DNA of 64,000 nucleotides, taken from IMG/VR virus record IMGVR_UViG_3300021138_000003. One strand, 5' to 3'. The notes beneath the pieces were generated by a model. The model did no database searches. It had not been told where the DNA came from and worked only from the letters and a program-made list of their open reading frames with translations. The position numbers and the translations under genes are program-made. Origin of the DNA: an uncultured virus (IMG/VR IMGVR_UViG_3300021138_000003) (lineage: Duplodnaviria; Heunggongvirae; Uroviricota; Caudoviricetes). Below, in pieces: positions 31,501 through 42,000 of the stretch. Numbering within the stretch: position 1 is the stretch's first letter; each line of letters starts with the position of its first letter.

Positions 31501-34500
31501 CCTGTATCGGTTACTCCATGATAAAACTTAGTAGAACCACTATCAAATGTAGTAATATTCTTTCTCAGAGCACTGGTTGAATCATTTACGTAGACTGTGC
31601 CGTATGTATTAGTTGCAGTAGTAGCGTTTAGTCTTACGGTATAATTATCAAACGTCGGAACTTGAGTTTTTGATGCACCTGATAGAGAAATTACTAATTG
31701 TAGCCCATCATCACTTAGCGCAATATCATAACCAAATTCAGTACCGTTCGTAGTAATAGGAGGGTCTATTCTTTGCTGGTGTGCAAATTGTGTTCCATTC
31801 CACGCAAATATGTCAACTACACCTGAAGTTGAATTTCTAACAGGATCAGCAGCTTGTGGACTACCAATAACAAGATAGTTACCATCTGAAGACATCTTAA
31901 TAACTGTACCAAATGTATCAGATGGTCCAAATGGTACAGGCAAATCTGTATTGTCACCTGAGATAATCTGAATTGGAGTTGTCGATGTAGTATATACGTA
32001 TACTGCACCCGATGATCCGTTACCTAATACTGATGAATAATTAGGCGCAGATACTGCGTAAACAGACAATCCATTATTTCCAGAGATAGACGAGCCAAAC
32101 TGTGCATTCGGAATAATAGTAGTCAATGATGAAACATACTCAATTGTAGTAGCACTGTTTGCCACAGTTAAATTATATATATAAACTGCTCCATAATTGT
32201 TATTGTAGCCCGGGGCTCCTACTAATAATGTACCTGTAGTTGCAGATATCGGAGAATATGCTACACTAGTACCAAATGTTGCAGAATTAGCAGGAGTAGG
32301 AGTTGTTAATACTTGGACTGAATCTTCGAAACCATTCGACGGATCGAGTACTGAAATTTTCACAATTCCCTGATTAATGTAATGGAGTGTCGAAGATAGG
32401 GTGCTAACAACTGTACTCGAATTTGCAGATCTTACGTAAGATGCATATGGAGCGCCTGCGATAACTAATCGCTGGTCTCCGTTATACATTAGACTAGAAC
32501 CTAACAACGTATCAGTAGTTCCTGTATAGTAATTGTTAACTCCAGTATTGACTGTATAACTAAAATTAACTGAGACCGTATCAGTGCCCGATCGTTGAAG
32601 CACATACACGCGACCTCTATATCCGTATATTGAATCATAGTACGTCGGAGAAGAAACAACAAAAGTACCAGTATTATCATCAGTTGCTATATTATAACCA
32701 AAATGTTGATATTGTACTGTAGTACCTAAATCATATTCAAAGGATTGGAAATTATCAGTTTTTTGATATACTGCCCAATCGCCATTGCCTGAGTCGTCAA
32801 CCCAAATCAATTCTCCAGCTTTCCATCTTTCTAGATATGGGAGAGCGTAAAGGTTATCTAAATTTGATAACCTAGATGATTTAAAATGGAACAACGATCC
32901 AACAATAGGAGTAACTATCGAAGGCGATAGAATAGTTATAGTCGAAAATACTGTAAATTGGGTAGGGCTCAACACTTCTGCTACAACATAGCAACTATCA
33001 ATAGTCGGATCAACTCGATTAATTGCTATTAAATCGTTAACCGAAAGCGTAGTCGGATCCTGGGTTGTAATTATTAAAGTTTGACCAGGAATATACAAAT
33101 CTACACCAATAACATTAGTAGGAACTGTAGTATAGCGAAGAACATCCCAGCTACCATTTTCAGAAAATCCTAGCCAAAATACAGAACCTTCTTTAATTGC
33201 TGTTGTATTTTTAATATCTAGAATACTGTTTTTATTATAAACTGTAGCAAAAATATCATCATATCTTGCATATCCAGCTACTGGCATCTGAAAATCATCA
33301 AATCCATAAGGACTAGGTACGGTCGAAAATACCTCAGTTATATCAAAGTTAGTCGGAGACATTACAATGTCAGACGGAGTTTGATAGTAGATTGCATCTG
33401 TAGAATTCATCGGAGTATTCTCTACAAAACTTACAATCTGCGGATTTTCAATAAATTGTGTAAAATCTAGATTAGTTTCTAGTTCTTGATATGTGTTAAA
33501 TCCACCGTAATGACCGAGACGGAACGCCCATTCTTCGTTGGCAGTAATGCTGCTTTGCCACTCGTTTAAACTAGATTTGCTAAGTTTAGCTAACGGATTA
33601 ATGGTGCCCTTTTCTCTAATATACCCTTGATAGAATTTATATTCAGCAATCGGATCACCGATAATATTATCGAGATAGGATCTTGGAATATACCCTACTA
33701 AGTTTTGAGCAGCTGACTGTTGGCCAGCATCAAAATTATCGATATCAAGACTATAAAAATCCTCAAATTGGTTGATCTTATAATCAAAATTCGGATATAA
33801 CTGAGATACCGGTTTCGATGGCAGTAATGCCCATTGAGTAAAATCAAATGACTGTGTACCTGGAATAGATGACAGTGCAGAATAATAATTGCCAGAGAAA
33901 CTTACAACTTGACCAACGGTGTAATCAGCATAACTCTGCCAAGGAACAACTTTAGCTTGATCAAAAATAAATCCAGGACTAAAGAAATCTCCGTTCCAAT
34001 TTGATGTTCTAAATCCTTTAAGACTAATACGACGCTGGCGATATCCTGAACCAATATCATATACAACATCATTGAATAAAGTATAGTTATTAAACACAAT
34101 TGCGTGTTCTTTTTGTATAACATTTAATCTAGCAAAAAACAATCCTTCCTGGGTGTTCACTGTTGATAATGTAAACACTCCATTTAGGCGAGTAATTGTA
34201 AAATTAGCCTGAGGAAGCGGAGAACCATTTGCTTTTAGAATACTATATTCATTATTATTCACCAAACTGTCAACTACTCCAGTAGAAGAATTAAATGTTA
34301 TCTTATCAGCAAATGGGCTCAATGTAATTACAGAATTAACTGCCCAGTTTTGTGTAGACCAATATAAAAATTCTTTAGCAGTAAAATTCCAATCAGAAAT
34401 CTGATTTAAATCACTGATGAATTGATCAAAGACAAATCCATTAGAAGTTAACCATTTTCCATAGCCAAGAATTAAATCATATATTTCTTGAATTGTAGTA

Positions 34501-37500
34501 AATTCAGTTCCGTACGGTACAATAGTCGGAGTAGTGTTAAACGAAGTTCTGAGAAGAACTGCTACTCCTCCAGTTGTTGGCAAGAACGGTAAACTTTGGT
34601 AATACGCCGAAGTGAATGTAGTATCACTATTATGTTTCTGTGTTACTCTATAATAACGATCGAGATAAAAAACTATCTGTCCAGCATTGTATGTTGTATT
34701 TTGTGTCCAATTTACAAAAGTTTCAGATTTGCCACCTACATGAATAGCTTGCCCAGAGGTTGATTGGAATGGTGCAAGAATTGTAAAATATGGATTGAAT
34801 TGATCATATCCTCTGACAGCAAAACCTCTTTCAGTTTTTTGTACAATTATACCAGAAATTCCAATACTTTGAATTGGAGCACTTTGATTAAAGAAAATTT
34901 GATAATCTTCAGATGCAATTAATACACCAGGAGCAGGACTAGTAGGATCTACTGCATCGATTGTAACTTGCAATTTATCTTTACTAGCAAACCCACCTAA
35001 TTTAACCATTAGATTATAATCAAGAGTAGATAAATCACTCTTGAGTCGGGTAAGATAATTAGCGTCTTTGACTAAACCTGTTTCAATAACAAATACGCTG
35101 TATCCTGAAGACAACACTCTTACACCGTTTACTGTATCTCTGTACAAGGAAACTGTCGATAAATCGAGGTATTCTTCAGCCGTGCCGTATTTGTATTGTC
35201 CAATCTTATTCACTGAAAGTCTTGAAGGATCAAAAAACTTAGCAGAATACGTCGACGGCTTAGCTAATGCTAATAATATCTGGCAAGCAAATGGCCAATA
35301 ACTACTTCTTCTCCATGATGTCTCGGCCGGTCCTTGATCACCAACATTCCAGTTAGCTCCAATTAATGTACTACGAAGAGTAACAACTCTAGCAGGATCG
35401 TTAGGATTGATGATCGGAGTCGTTGCTAGACCAGAATCAACAGGACTTAATAAATTTCCTGACGGATCAACTGGAATAATCTTGCTCAATCCCGGTCTTG
35501 CGTACAATGGATTTATGCCAGCATTATCACCTTGTGCAATATTACCTGCTTCTAGATCTTTCCATAAAATAAGATTACCACTAGTATATGGCGCCGGACC
35601 ATATACTGATTCCCACCAGGATGGTTGTTTAGTAAATCCTAACATTTCCCACGGATTAGTGTGGGGGCGATCAGTGTCATAGAAGAACTTATAAATTGCT
35701 CTCCAATATCCAGGTAATTTACGCTTCTTTAGAGTATCAATATCTGACGAATAGTTGAAAGTAAACGGATTAGTTTCATCAAAAGTATTGTTGGTTTGAT
35801 AATCAACACCAAAGAATCCTATCCATTTTAGAAAATCAGGTGTTATTAAAGAATTAATATCTGCTAATGAATAGCCAGTATTTCTAAAAGCACCTGGAAT
35901 AATCGAATAGATATCCAATAAATTCGAATCATAGTTAGATTTTAGATTATTGTAAACTCTTTTTTCAAATTCTAAAATTATATCATCTCGGTAATCGCCA
36001 AAAGCAATCATAATGCTGCCGTCGTGACCTTGGATTACTAACTGGGGTGTTTCTGCGTAAGTATCGTCAAGGAAAATCGAAGGAACAAACTTCGGATATA
36101 GTCCTAGCTTAGTCGGAGTAGGCGGAACGTAATTTCCTACAGTACTAGAATAGTCAGATATTACAATAGTGTCTCCAGCAGTTAGCGGAATAATCATTTG
36201 AATACTCGGACTATATTGATTTACAATGTAATCTCGATCCTTAACTAACAAAGTCCCGTTAAGATATACTAAAATTGATCGTTCGCTAAGAATAGTGGTA
36301 TCAAATGTGCTTTCTAAGCTATACTGTACATTTTTAGAATTTGTAACTGTATAGGTTCTATCACTATGGACACTTCCATATGCAAGCATATCGGAATATC
36401 CATAAGGAAAAGTCGGATCTTTACCCGAGTTAATTGCAGAAATTGCTTGATCTAACATCACCGCAGTAGTATTAACATCTTTAATCAATGCTACTTGCTT
36501 AATTAAATTAGTCTTGAACTGAGAATAATCAAACGATATCTTTCTAATAGCATCAATCAGATTGTTATCTTTGGTTCCAAGAAAATAATGTGCAAAACTA
36601 ATAGGTGTCTGATGACTTACTAAACGAGTACCATATTCACTAAGATTTGATAAATCTCTAAGATTTCCAGTTCCAGGAAATGTTCCTACAAAATTAGGAT
36701 TATTATTAACAATAGTGTTAACATGATCACTTAATTCTGTAAATGTAAAATCACTAATCGGACCATTCAAAGGATTGTTAGTTAAGTTAATAGGTACCTC
36801 ATAATATCCGTTAGAATTTGGAGTTTTAGAAGTATATAAGTTTATCTGCACTCGATCATTTGATGAGAATGTAGTTATAGATACGACATATGCTCGTGCC
36901 TTTTTACGGCTTATTCTGTAGTCAACATTATGAATCTGTTTAACACTGTTTACAAATACTTCCACTACTAAATCATTAGTGTGACCAGGATTATCAATTG
37001 CGATAAGTTCAATATATTTTGTAGGTTGCTCTACTACCTGAAATTGAATAATCGGAATAGGTCTATCAACAGATTTAACCCAGACATCTTTAAAATAGCT
37101 GCCTGTTAGTGTATTAACTTTTAAATAATTTCCTGCGACAGTAAGAATCTCTAACTGATCGTTAGTGAAATTAGTAAAGGTATCTGAAGTAAAATAATTT
37201 TTAAACAGATAATCTCCAACATCTGCAACATTTTTATATTGAAGTGGGAATCCTAACACACTATCTGGAGTACCCGCGCCGACAGCGTATCCAAAAATTC
37301 CAGTTCCCTTGAATGAACTATTATAAAAATTGATATCTGAGAATTCATTACCGTTATCGTCATATAGACCAAATAATGGTTGTTGATTTAATACTGTTTT
37401 TTGCTGTGCGAATAGCCATTCCGAGCCATTGTACCACCAATTTGTACCACCATACTGGTTTCCTCTAGTAACTACCACAGCATCATTTTGATCAGGTACA

Positions 37501-39026
37501 CTATCGTCAGATTCTTCAAGGTTCACCACTTGGTTACCATTGACTGAAACATATTTTACAGTGTATACTTTTCCATTAACCAAGGAATCAGTATCTGCAT
37601 TAAAAATTACTCTAAATCCGTGTTCAACAAAAATTCCATCAATATAAAATCCAGGACTTCCTTCAAATGTTCTAAATGCGTTCTTAGTAGTTGTATCAAT
37701 TAAATCGATGTTCGTTTTTGCTCGAGCACCAAAATTAAACAATTGCAGACCTGCGGTAAATTCAATAATAGGTCTTTGTGCTCGCATAGTTGAATCATAA
37801 ACCGGTGTAACCCCGTTCGCCACAGCAGTGGCAGCGATTACATCTTGATGAACCCAACGATTATATCTGGACCACGAGTTTTTATCGAGAGCAGCACGAT
37901 TAATCGTTACATATTCAGGAGTTAATGGAATATAGCTAAAATCATCAAACGGATATACGTCAAACGGTGTTCCATCAAAGTTAGTATCCAAGTTTGTTGT
38001 AATAGATCCTATATTTGTTAGACTATCATAATCAACTAAAGTGATTGCACTGCCTACACCTTCAACAAACCAATCCTTATTCAAATAAGATGAAGGAGTT
38101 ACATTGCCAGTAAAATGAACTTTCATTCCGTTAGTAAATGTAACTCCATTCGGTGATCCGTAAGAAATTTTTCCAATAATTTCATTTTCGATATCTAACA
38201 ATGTGTCTTCAGTTATCGCCCTTACTGCAATTTGTCCGATAGCATAATCGTTGCCCTCGGCAAAATAAAATAGCACATTCGGAGTTGTATCGTCAACTGT
38301 AATAGTCACGGAACCATTCTTAGTACCTTGATTCAGCACATTGGGATAAAGATTCTGTGCACCTTTTACATAAGCAGTTTTAATATAGAAAGGATATTTG
38401 CTAGTTACGTTGAAAGTATATGTTACTCCTCTGTAAAGAGTTAGAAGAGGAGTAACCGTCAATCCGTCCGGAGTGAATAATAATCCCTTCCCATCAGATG
38501 AATCAACAACAGTGTAAGTAGTTGTAATCGATTGCTGATGTCCAGTAATTTCGATACTGTCAGGACCGGTTGGCATCCAATAGTACTGTCTAAAGTTTAC
38601 AAACTTATCCCAATCAATATTAGGGTCATAAGAGACAGATTCTGGTCTGAATAGTCTATCAAGATCAGAAGTATTTGCATTATTTGCCTGCAATTGATTA
38701 ATTAAATCATCATATCCAACTGATCTAGAAATAACATTATCAACGTCCTTGACAACTAGAGCAGGTTCTAACTGGTATGCATTCCTTAGAGGACTTCCGC
38801 CGTCGATGTACGTGTCAGTAGCAGGATTATAATTTAAACTTAGTTTGCTACCAACAAATCCGTTAATTCTTTCTAATTGCGGTTGCTGAATAAATTGATC
38901 TAACGTACTGGCTAGAAACTTGATATTTTTGTCTGTTCTGTGGTATCCTGGCAAAAGATCTGATGATCTTCTAACATTGGAAGGATTATTAACATCTTCT
39001 TGATTAACTGCGTCGTTTCCGGCCAT
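25584..39026 (-). CDS. giant (4480 aa) baseplate wedge / structural protein
   Basis: Uninterrupted ORF directly after gp6 (gp7 position); FG-GAP-like repeats, CBM5/12-like W...Y..G..V...YY motifs, GSGY..AP repeats, IKPYHTKIR. Confidence 0.8.
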   Translation of the reverse strand: MAGNDAVNQEDVNNPSNVRRSSDLLPGYHRTDKNIKFLASTLDQFIQQPQLERINGFVGSKLSLNYNPATDTYIDGGSPLRNAYQLEPALVVKDVDNVISRSVGYDDLINQLQANNANTSDLDRLFRPESVSYDPNIDWDKFVNFRQYYWMPTGPDSIEITGHQQSITTTYTVVDSSDGKGLLFTPDGLTVTPLLTLYRGVTYTFNVTSKYPFYIKTAYVKGAQNLYPNVLNQGTKNGSVTITVDDTTPNVLFYFAEGNDYAIGQIAVRAITEDTLLDIENEIIGKISYGSPNGVTFTNGMKVHFTGNVTPSSYLNKDWFVEGVGSAITLVDYDSLTNIGSITTNLDTNFDGTPFDVYPFDDFSYIPLTPEYVTINRAALDKNSWSRYNRWVHQDVIAATAVANGVTPVYDSTMRAQRPIIEFTAGLQLFNFGARAKTNIDLIDTTTKNAFRTFEGSPGFYIDGIFVEHGFRVIFNADTDSLVNGKVYTVKYVSVNGNQVVNLEESDDSVPDQNDAVVVTRGNQYGGTNWWYNGSEWLFAQQKTVLNQQPLFGLYDDNGNEFSDINFYNSSFKGTGIFGYAVGAGTPDSVLGFPLQYKNVADVGDYLFKNYFTSDTFTNFTNDQLEILTVAGNYLKVNTLTGSYFKDVWVKSVDRPIPIIQFQVVEQPTKYIELIAIDNPGHTNDLVVEVFVNSVKQIHNVDYRISRKKARAYVVSITTFSSNDRVQINLYTSKTPNSNGYYEVPINLTNNPLNGPISDFTFTELSDHVNTIVNNNPNFVGTFPGTGNLRDLSNLSEYGTRLVSHQTPISFAHYFLGTKDNNLIDAIRKISFDYSQFKTNLIKQVALIKDVNTTAVMLDQAISAINSGKDPTFPYGYSDMLAYGSVHSDRTYTVTNSKNVQYSLESTFDTTILSERSILVYLNGTLLVKDRDYIVNQYSPSIQMIIPLTAGDTIVISDYSSTVGNYVPPTPTKLGLYPKFVPSIFLDDTYAETPQLVIQGHDGSIMIAFGDYRDDIILEFEKRVYNNLKSNYDSNLLDIYSIIPGAFRNTGYSLADINSLITPDFLKWIGFFGVDYQTNNTFDETNPFTFNYSSDIDTLKKRKLPGYWRAIYKFFYDTDRPHTNPWEMLGFTKQPSWWESVYGPAPYTSGNLILWKDLEAGNIAQGDNAGINPLYARPGLSKIIPVDPSGNLLSPVDSGLATTPIINPNDPARVVTLRSTLIGANWNVGDQGPAETSWRRSSYWPFACQILLALAKPSTYSAKFFDPSRLSVNKIGQYKYGTAEEYLDLSTVSLYRDTVNGVRVLSSGYSVFVIETGLVKDANYLTRLKSDLSTLDYNLMVKLGGFASKDKLQVTIDAVDPTSPAPGVLIASEDYQIFFNQSAPIQSIGISGIIVQKTERGFAVRGYDQFNPYFTILAPFQSTSGQAIHVGGKSETFVNWTQNTTYNAGQIVFYLDRYYRVTQKHNSDTTFTSAYYQSLPFLPTTGGVAVLLRTSFNTTPTIVPYGTEFTTIQEIYDLILGYGKWLTSNGFVFDQFISDLNQISDWNFTAKEFLYWSTQNWAVNSVITLSPFADKITFNSSTGVVDSLVNNNEYSILKANGSPLPQANFTITRLNGVFTLSTVNTQEGLFFARLNVIQKEHAIVFNNYTLFNDVVYDIGSGYRQRRISLKGFRTSNWNGDFFSPGFIFDQAKVVPWQSYADYTVGQVVSFSGNYYSALSSIPGTQSFDFTQWALLPSKPVSQLYPNFDYKINQFEDFYSLDIDNFDAGQQSAAQNLVGYIPRSYLDNIIGDPIAEYKFYQGYIREKGTINPLAKLSKSSLNEWQSSITANEEWAFRLGHYGGFNTYQELETNLDFTQFIENPQIVSFVENTPMNSTDAIYYQTPSDIVMSPTNFDITEVFSTVPSPYGFDDFQMPVAGYARYDDIFATVYNKNSILDIKNTTAIKEGSVFWLGFSENGSWDVLRYTTVPTNVIGVDLYIPGQTLIITTQDPTTLSVNDLIAINRVDPTIDSCYVVAEVLSPTQFTVFSTITILSPSIVTPIVGSLFHFKSSRLSNLDNLYALPYLERWKAGELIWVDDSGNGDWAVYQKTDNFQSFEYDLGTTVQYQHFGYNIATDDNTGTFVVSSPTYYDSIYGYRGRVYVLQRSGTDTVSVNFSYTVNTGVNNYYTGTTDTLLGSSLMYNGDQRLVIAGAPYASYVRSANSSTVVSTLSSTLHYINQGIVKISVLDPSNGFEDSVQVLTTPTPANSATFGTSVAYSPISATTGTLLVGAPGYNNNYGAVYIYNLTVANSATTIEYVSSLTTIIPNAQFGSSISGNNGLSVYAVSAPNYSSVLGNGSSGAVYVYTTSTTPIQIISGDNTDLPVPFGPSDTFGTVIKMSSDGNYLVIGSPQAADPVRNSTSGVVDIFAWNGTQFAHQQRIDPPITTNGTEFGYDIALSDDGLQLVISLSGASKTQVPTFDNYTVRLNATTATNTYGTVYVNDSTSALRKNITTFDSGSTKFYHGVTDTGSAHSYYRYGSNWAYSQELANSNVLSTSSFGTSISVTTSSVYIGAPSLLNAANSGTGQLFIFNKIDSSSTGWTVYREQEPLVDLSLIKNSSIINATTDQTQDYLDIIDPIKGKILGTATQELKYITAYDPAIYSIGINGTNVDVNSNWSDNHVGDLWWDLSAVRYVWYEQGELEYRKNNWNGIFPGSSIDVYEWVESPYLPSEWSQLADTADGLAQGISGQPRFSGNNVLSVKQVYNNISNAFTNVYYFWVKNKNVIPTSVKNRRMTALNVAQQIADPAGSGNQFLSILSPTALMVANSKELTGNQYNLKIEFDSITDAAKRHTEWTLIQENDANATINPLLEKKLIDSLLGRDSLGNPVPDPSLPSKLKYGVSIRPRQSLFVNRNEALRNLVEFTNNTLINLQVTGQIDFTNLNSKEPIPDASSYDVLVEDVYSLDRLSTSLLQTAELEAVIDSNGTVTEVIIINPGYGYITAPTITVGSQPSGNISEIIQELDASFTAVIDANGRVIEVIINNSGSGYLQAPKLTVRPFTVVVQTDQSSNGKWALYTRNTNNLSWNKIRTQSYDTTVYWEYVDWSSSDYDPLIQIFATVDAPYGLFEYQNSPAGTYIKVNNGGDGRYLIVRSTGGTGGTFDNNWDLVFSQNGTIQILSTLWNLSNTIYAWDEYAGWDQTEFDQAPEQEILYILTAIQKDIFVNAYKIYWNQFFFKAVRYAFSEQPYLDWAFKTTFINVNNSLGALDQRHTYKLQNSVNYQNFLEEIKPYHTKIRKYTESYTSTELTNTFNTDFDLPSYFNTVTQQFNTVGFGNELLLSDPWNTWYKNYSYGIESIFLYDGGGTYTSVPTVSIIPAYGDTGHGATAVAHISLGKVTSVIVTDPGAGYTAPPTIVFNGGGSTQLTPARAYARLGLNNVRKNNISIKFDRISTVREIGNQYFTDTFISDGATVDYNLTWVPVPEKSQITLTVNGVMKLIDDYSIVFSESSYSPQTNTSYIKNYAMLQLTFIPNAGDTIELTYPKDVSLYNALDRIADYYNPTSGMPGNVPDQLMSGMSFSGLVVDTIPFSAAGGWDVVPFGSSNWDNYSLETGYKSFAVTTTTTQTFVLTGITIPSGVQVNTYINGVRVDGTNTSVPTITGQGTGAVEYITIQSGGAGYTAGNVGIAISAPDVIGGIQATATATVVNGVVTSATIVNPGSGYVNIPYVTISGNSTATVQAYASATLMAEFTETSTTTVFTSITIPSANFTSSDSLVVFRYATSDGTLQITDLNSLDAYIDGGNMSYTTALGLTPSEIILDGGSTSTQFITGMNDDGFLNAFNSPAPEECVPGQIQEAVGISVYTEPYYSSPVIVNKKYWINGTPGTYSLGITPVNSNATIAVFNDTKLLTGQYSIDYADNTFSFNSSNTVTGWLSLTSMQLGSIKLLDSYAGTITNTGTTYNSFVLFDDIGSNGTSTYVTINGSPAVQGVDYTVTANSSTNEAVITFNQLGFTQAYLFGGPVKSFSEIHEQIIEVAASTGTFTLTQPPGNIAPYHSQVIVTKNGLRLNPPVTTYYQVANGQTSFNISQSIIFPNRSIALKRIEVYVNGTLSPVPGIWRLDQSVNQVVFQSNVLSDGDVIAIVVKKNHDYIVQNNQIVLTSNSNIGDEIRITSFTNHDPDFIRTERFKGHQTNQYLMQRPILDSAYVWVSYNGVPLSLETDYSIGTDGYTVSIRNGLFKSTDDDVVITSFASSTQQATSYRIFKDMLGRTHFKRLSGDNITFLTQPLYTTSTSITVNDSSVLTSPSVNTNVPGVILIEGERIEFFTVNGNTLGQLRRSTLGTAPKAVYSTGTLVIDQGVNQTVPFNEVIQVYTTATTTSTETAYTLNGITFNSSAAYSDQVEVYYQGQLLLKPGLTTISHNFDLGYDSTSTADTIVTSQFSINTSSVLTLNFTPTVGATLEVIKRSSQIWYQPNSNLTLSENNTPQVKFLLERSAASPDKYRYE

Positions 39027-39028
39027 TT

Positions 39029-42000
39029 TTAATTGCTCACATTCGTATTGGTAATAACAGGTGAAGTTGCATTGATTTGTGCAGCAGTTACCGCATCAAT
39101 GATTTCTATATCAGTAGTAGTTGCTCCGCTAATCAAAATTTCATAACTTTGACACGAAATTTCAAATAAACTACCGAACGGTAGATTCGGATTCTTTGGT
39201 ACTATAATAAAATTAGTAATATCAGGAGTCATTCGATTAAGCACATATGTTGATAATTCTCCAAAATTAAATGATTGACCAAAGTCCCAATTAGTTAAAT
39301 TGAAGAAACTATTAATTGCTGCAAGAATCCTTGTTTGTAAATCGTTATCACTGGTAATTCTATTAGGATTACGAACAGCTTTAAATGTTCCTTGAAGATT
39401 AGGTGTAGCTTGAGATCCAAATAATACTTTATAACTCGCAGGATGGTAAATTAGAGTATCCGAAATTGACTTAATCGGATCTAATGCTGCTGAAAAATTA
39501 CTTTCAAGACTTTGACTAGTAGGCGCCATCGGAGCAGAACCTGTTCCAGATGCCAACCATGTTCTGTATGCAGTATCATAATCTGCAGTCAACATGTATA
39601 TATCTATAATGTTAGACTTACTTGGATCGATTCTTCTTTCTTCTCCACTGTTATGAGTATAATGAAATTTCAAATTACAACGTCCAGGTTTAGCAAAATA
39701 TTGATTAGTTAATTCTAAAATTTGGCCCGATGTTACAATTTTAACAACATCTGCTGTGGAAAAATAAAACAAATCTCCTACTGTAGCAGTAGCCAAATTT
39801 ACATAACTTTCATCAGGATATGCAGTAATCATTGTTTGATCGGAAAGTAAGCTATATCGATTTCCGTCACTTGAAATTTGGAAATACACAAAACTATTAG
39901 TTGCAGTTCCTACAATATTTGTAAATGCATCAGGAGTATCAATCTGTCCGTCATTGTTTGCATCATAGAAGCTAATCACTACTTTCTTAGGTTCTACATA
40001 TCCGTCTGGTTCAATTACTGCATTCTCAATCTGCCAGCGATAATCAACTCCTAAGCCCAATGATGTTACAGGATCAGGATTTACAGATAGTACATCGATC
40101 TGATCTCTAATTACTGTATCAGTAACGAAATCATAATTAACATTAGAATAATCTACAAAAAATGCTGTCTGATTTGCGCTTTCAAAAATATATTCTAATA
40201 CACGATAGCTAACTTGATAACCTGTTCCAGTCCATTGAAATAAAACCATCCAACTCGCATCTTTCTGTGAATTAGAAGAATCGCCTTGGTAAGAAAGGTT
40301 AAAATTACTATTAATATTTAGATTGCTATCAACAATAATAAACCATTGACGTGTTATATTATCAAAACTTAAACCAAAATTTCGTTGTGCTGTGCAAAGA
40401 TTTACCATTTGAGTTTCAAATGCATAGCTAAAAGTACTGACAAAATTTGGAATAACTTCTACTGGTACTGTACTCGAATTAATCCTACCTGATAATATCA
40501 CAGGGCCTGTACCATCACTTAATGCGCCTTTACCGCTATTGGCGCCGTCGCCGACTACTTGTATAACTTTCGACCAAAATGTCGATCCGTTATAAGTAAG
40601 CTGAACCAATGCACCTGGCGTGATATATGACGCAGTAGAATTACTAAAATATCCGGTCTGAACTGGATTTCCAAATTGATCCACAAAATATCCTGTAGTT
40701 TGGTTAGGAAGTTTAGTAACTGTTACCCAAGTAAGACCTAATTGAGAAAACGTAGGTCTGAAATAATTTTCATAATAAAAGTTTTTAAAACTATTTGATG
40801 AAATAATAGGTGCAAGCTGATTCTTTAAAACACTATAAACTTGATTCCTAGACTGAAATTTAAAATCAAAAGTTGGTAACTTAGATTCATAATATAATAT
40901 ACCATCATGCGCAAAAATATCTGTACTAGAATACATTCCAGTAATATCTGTTAATTCAAAATATTTAGAAATACCACTCGACAAACGATTTATACTGGTA
41001 ACTTTTAGAACATTGTTGCCAGCAGTTAGTGGTCCGATGTTATAATCTTCGCCAGTAATCATTCTATTTTGCAAATAATAAGTTTGTGGTGCTTTGGTTT
41101 TAATACTAGCCGCAGACTCTGGACCGCTACTGTTGGTAACTGTATATTGCAATGACAATGTTATTGTTAGCTGATACACATTTCCTGATTTATTAACATA
41201 AGGAATTGTAACATTAACTCCTGAAAGTTGATCAGGAGTAATCGAATACGTCTGTCCGTTACTTTGACGATAAAAAATTCTAAAATTGCCTTTAGGTAAA
41301 TCAGCAAAACTACCATCGGCAAAATTTAAATCAATCTGGTCATTTGCTCGCGAAGTAACAGTATATAATGTTCTAAGGTTATTAGAAAGATTATTATAAA
41401 TGACATTATTACCGACTAGCGCAGGTACTTGAGTCCAAAGTGTAGAATAATTTCCATTTGCATCTAACTGCCACAACCAAACATCTGTATCATTAATTCC
41501 ATTTGCATTAACGCCAATGATTTCATTTGACACTGGCGCAGTTACAGAGAATCCTGTAGAAGCCATACTTCCTTGTTTAAAATATGCAAAAAAACCAGAA
41601 TTAGAAGAACCCGCTCCTTGATTATCATTTTGGAAAACATAAGAAAAGCTACCTCCCGGAATAGGAGGTACTTCATAAATGTAATTTTGACCATTAAACG
41701 AAGCTCCGGTAACTTCGAATGTCATAGGAGTTCCGTTAATTGCCTTTGTGACACTGAAAATAGGCAGGTCGTTACTTTGAGTATTGACTACATATTGTTG
41801 CGTATTAATTCCGTTAATCGTTGCAGAATCATAGGGTTTTCCAAAACTGGCTCCTGCAGGCATAGCAGAATTTAAAATACTAACAAATTGCTGATACCAA
41901 TTAACATTTGACGAGTCGTTCCATGCAATTACCTGATTAGCTAGATTGAATCCATTTGCATCTATAACGTTTTCATTGGTTCTAATTGCGGTCATCTTTA

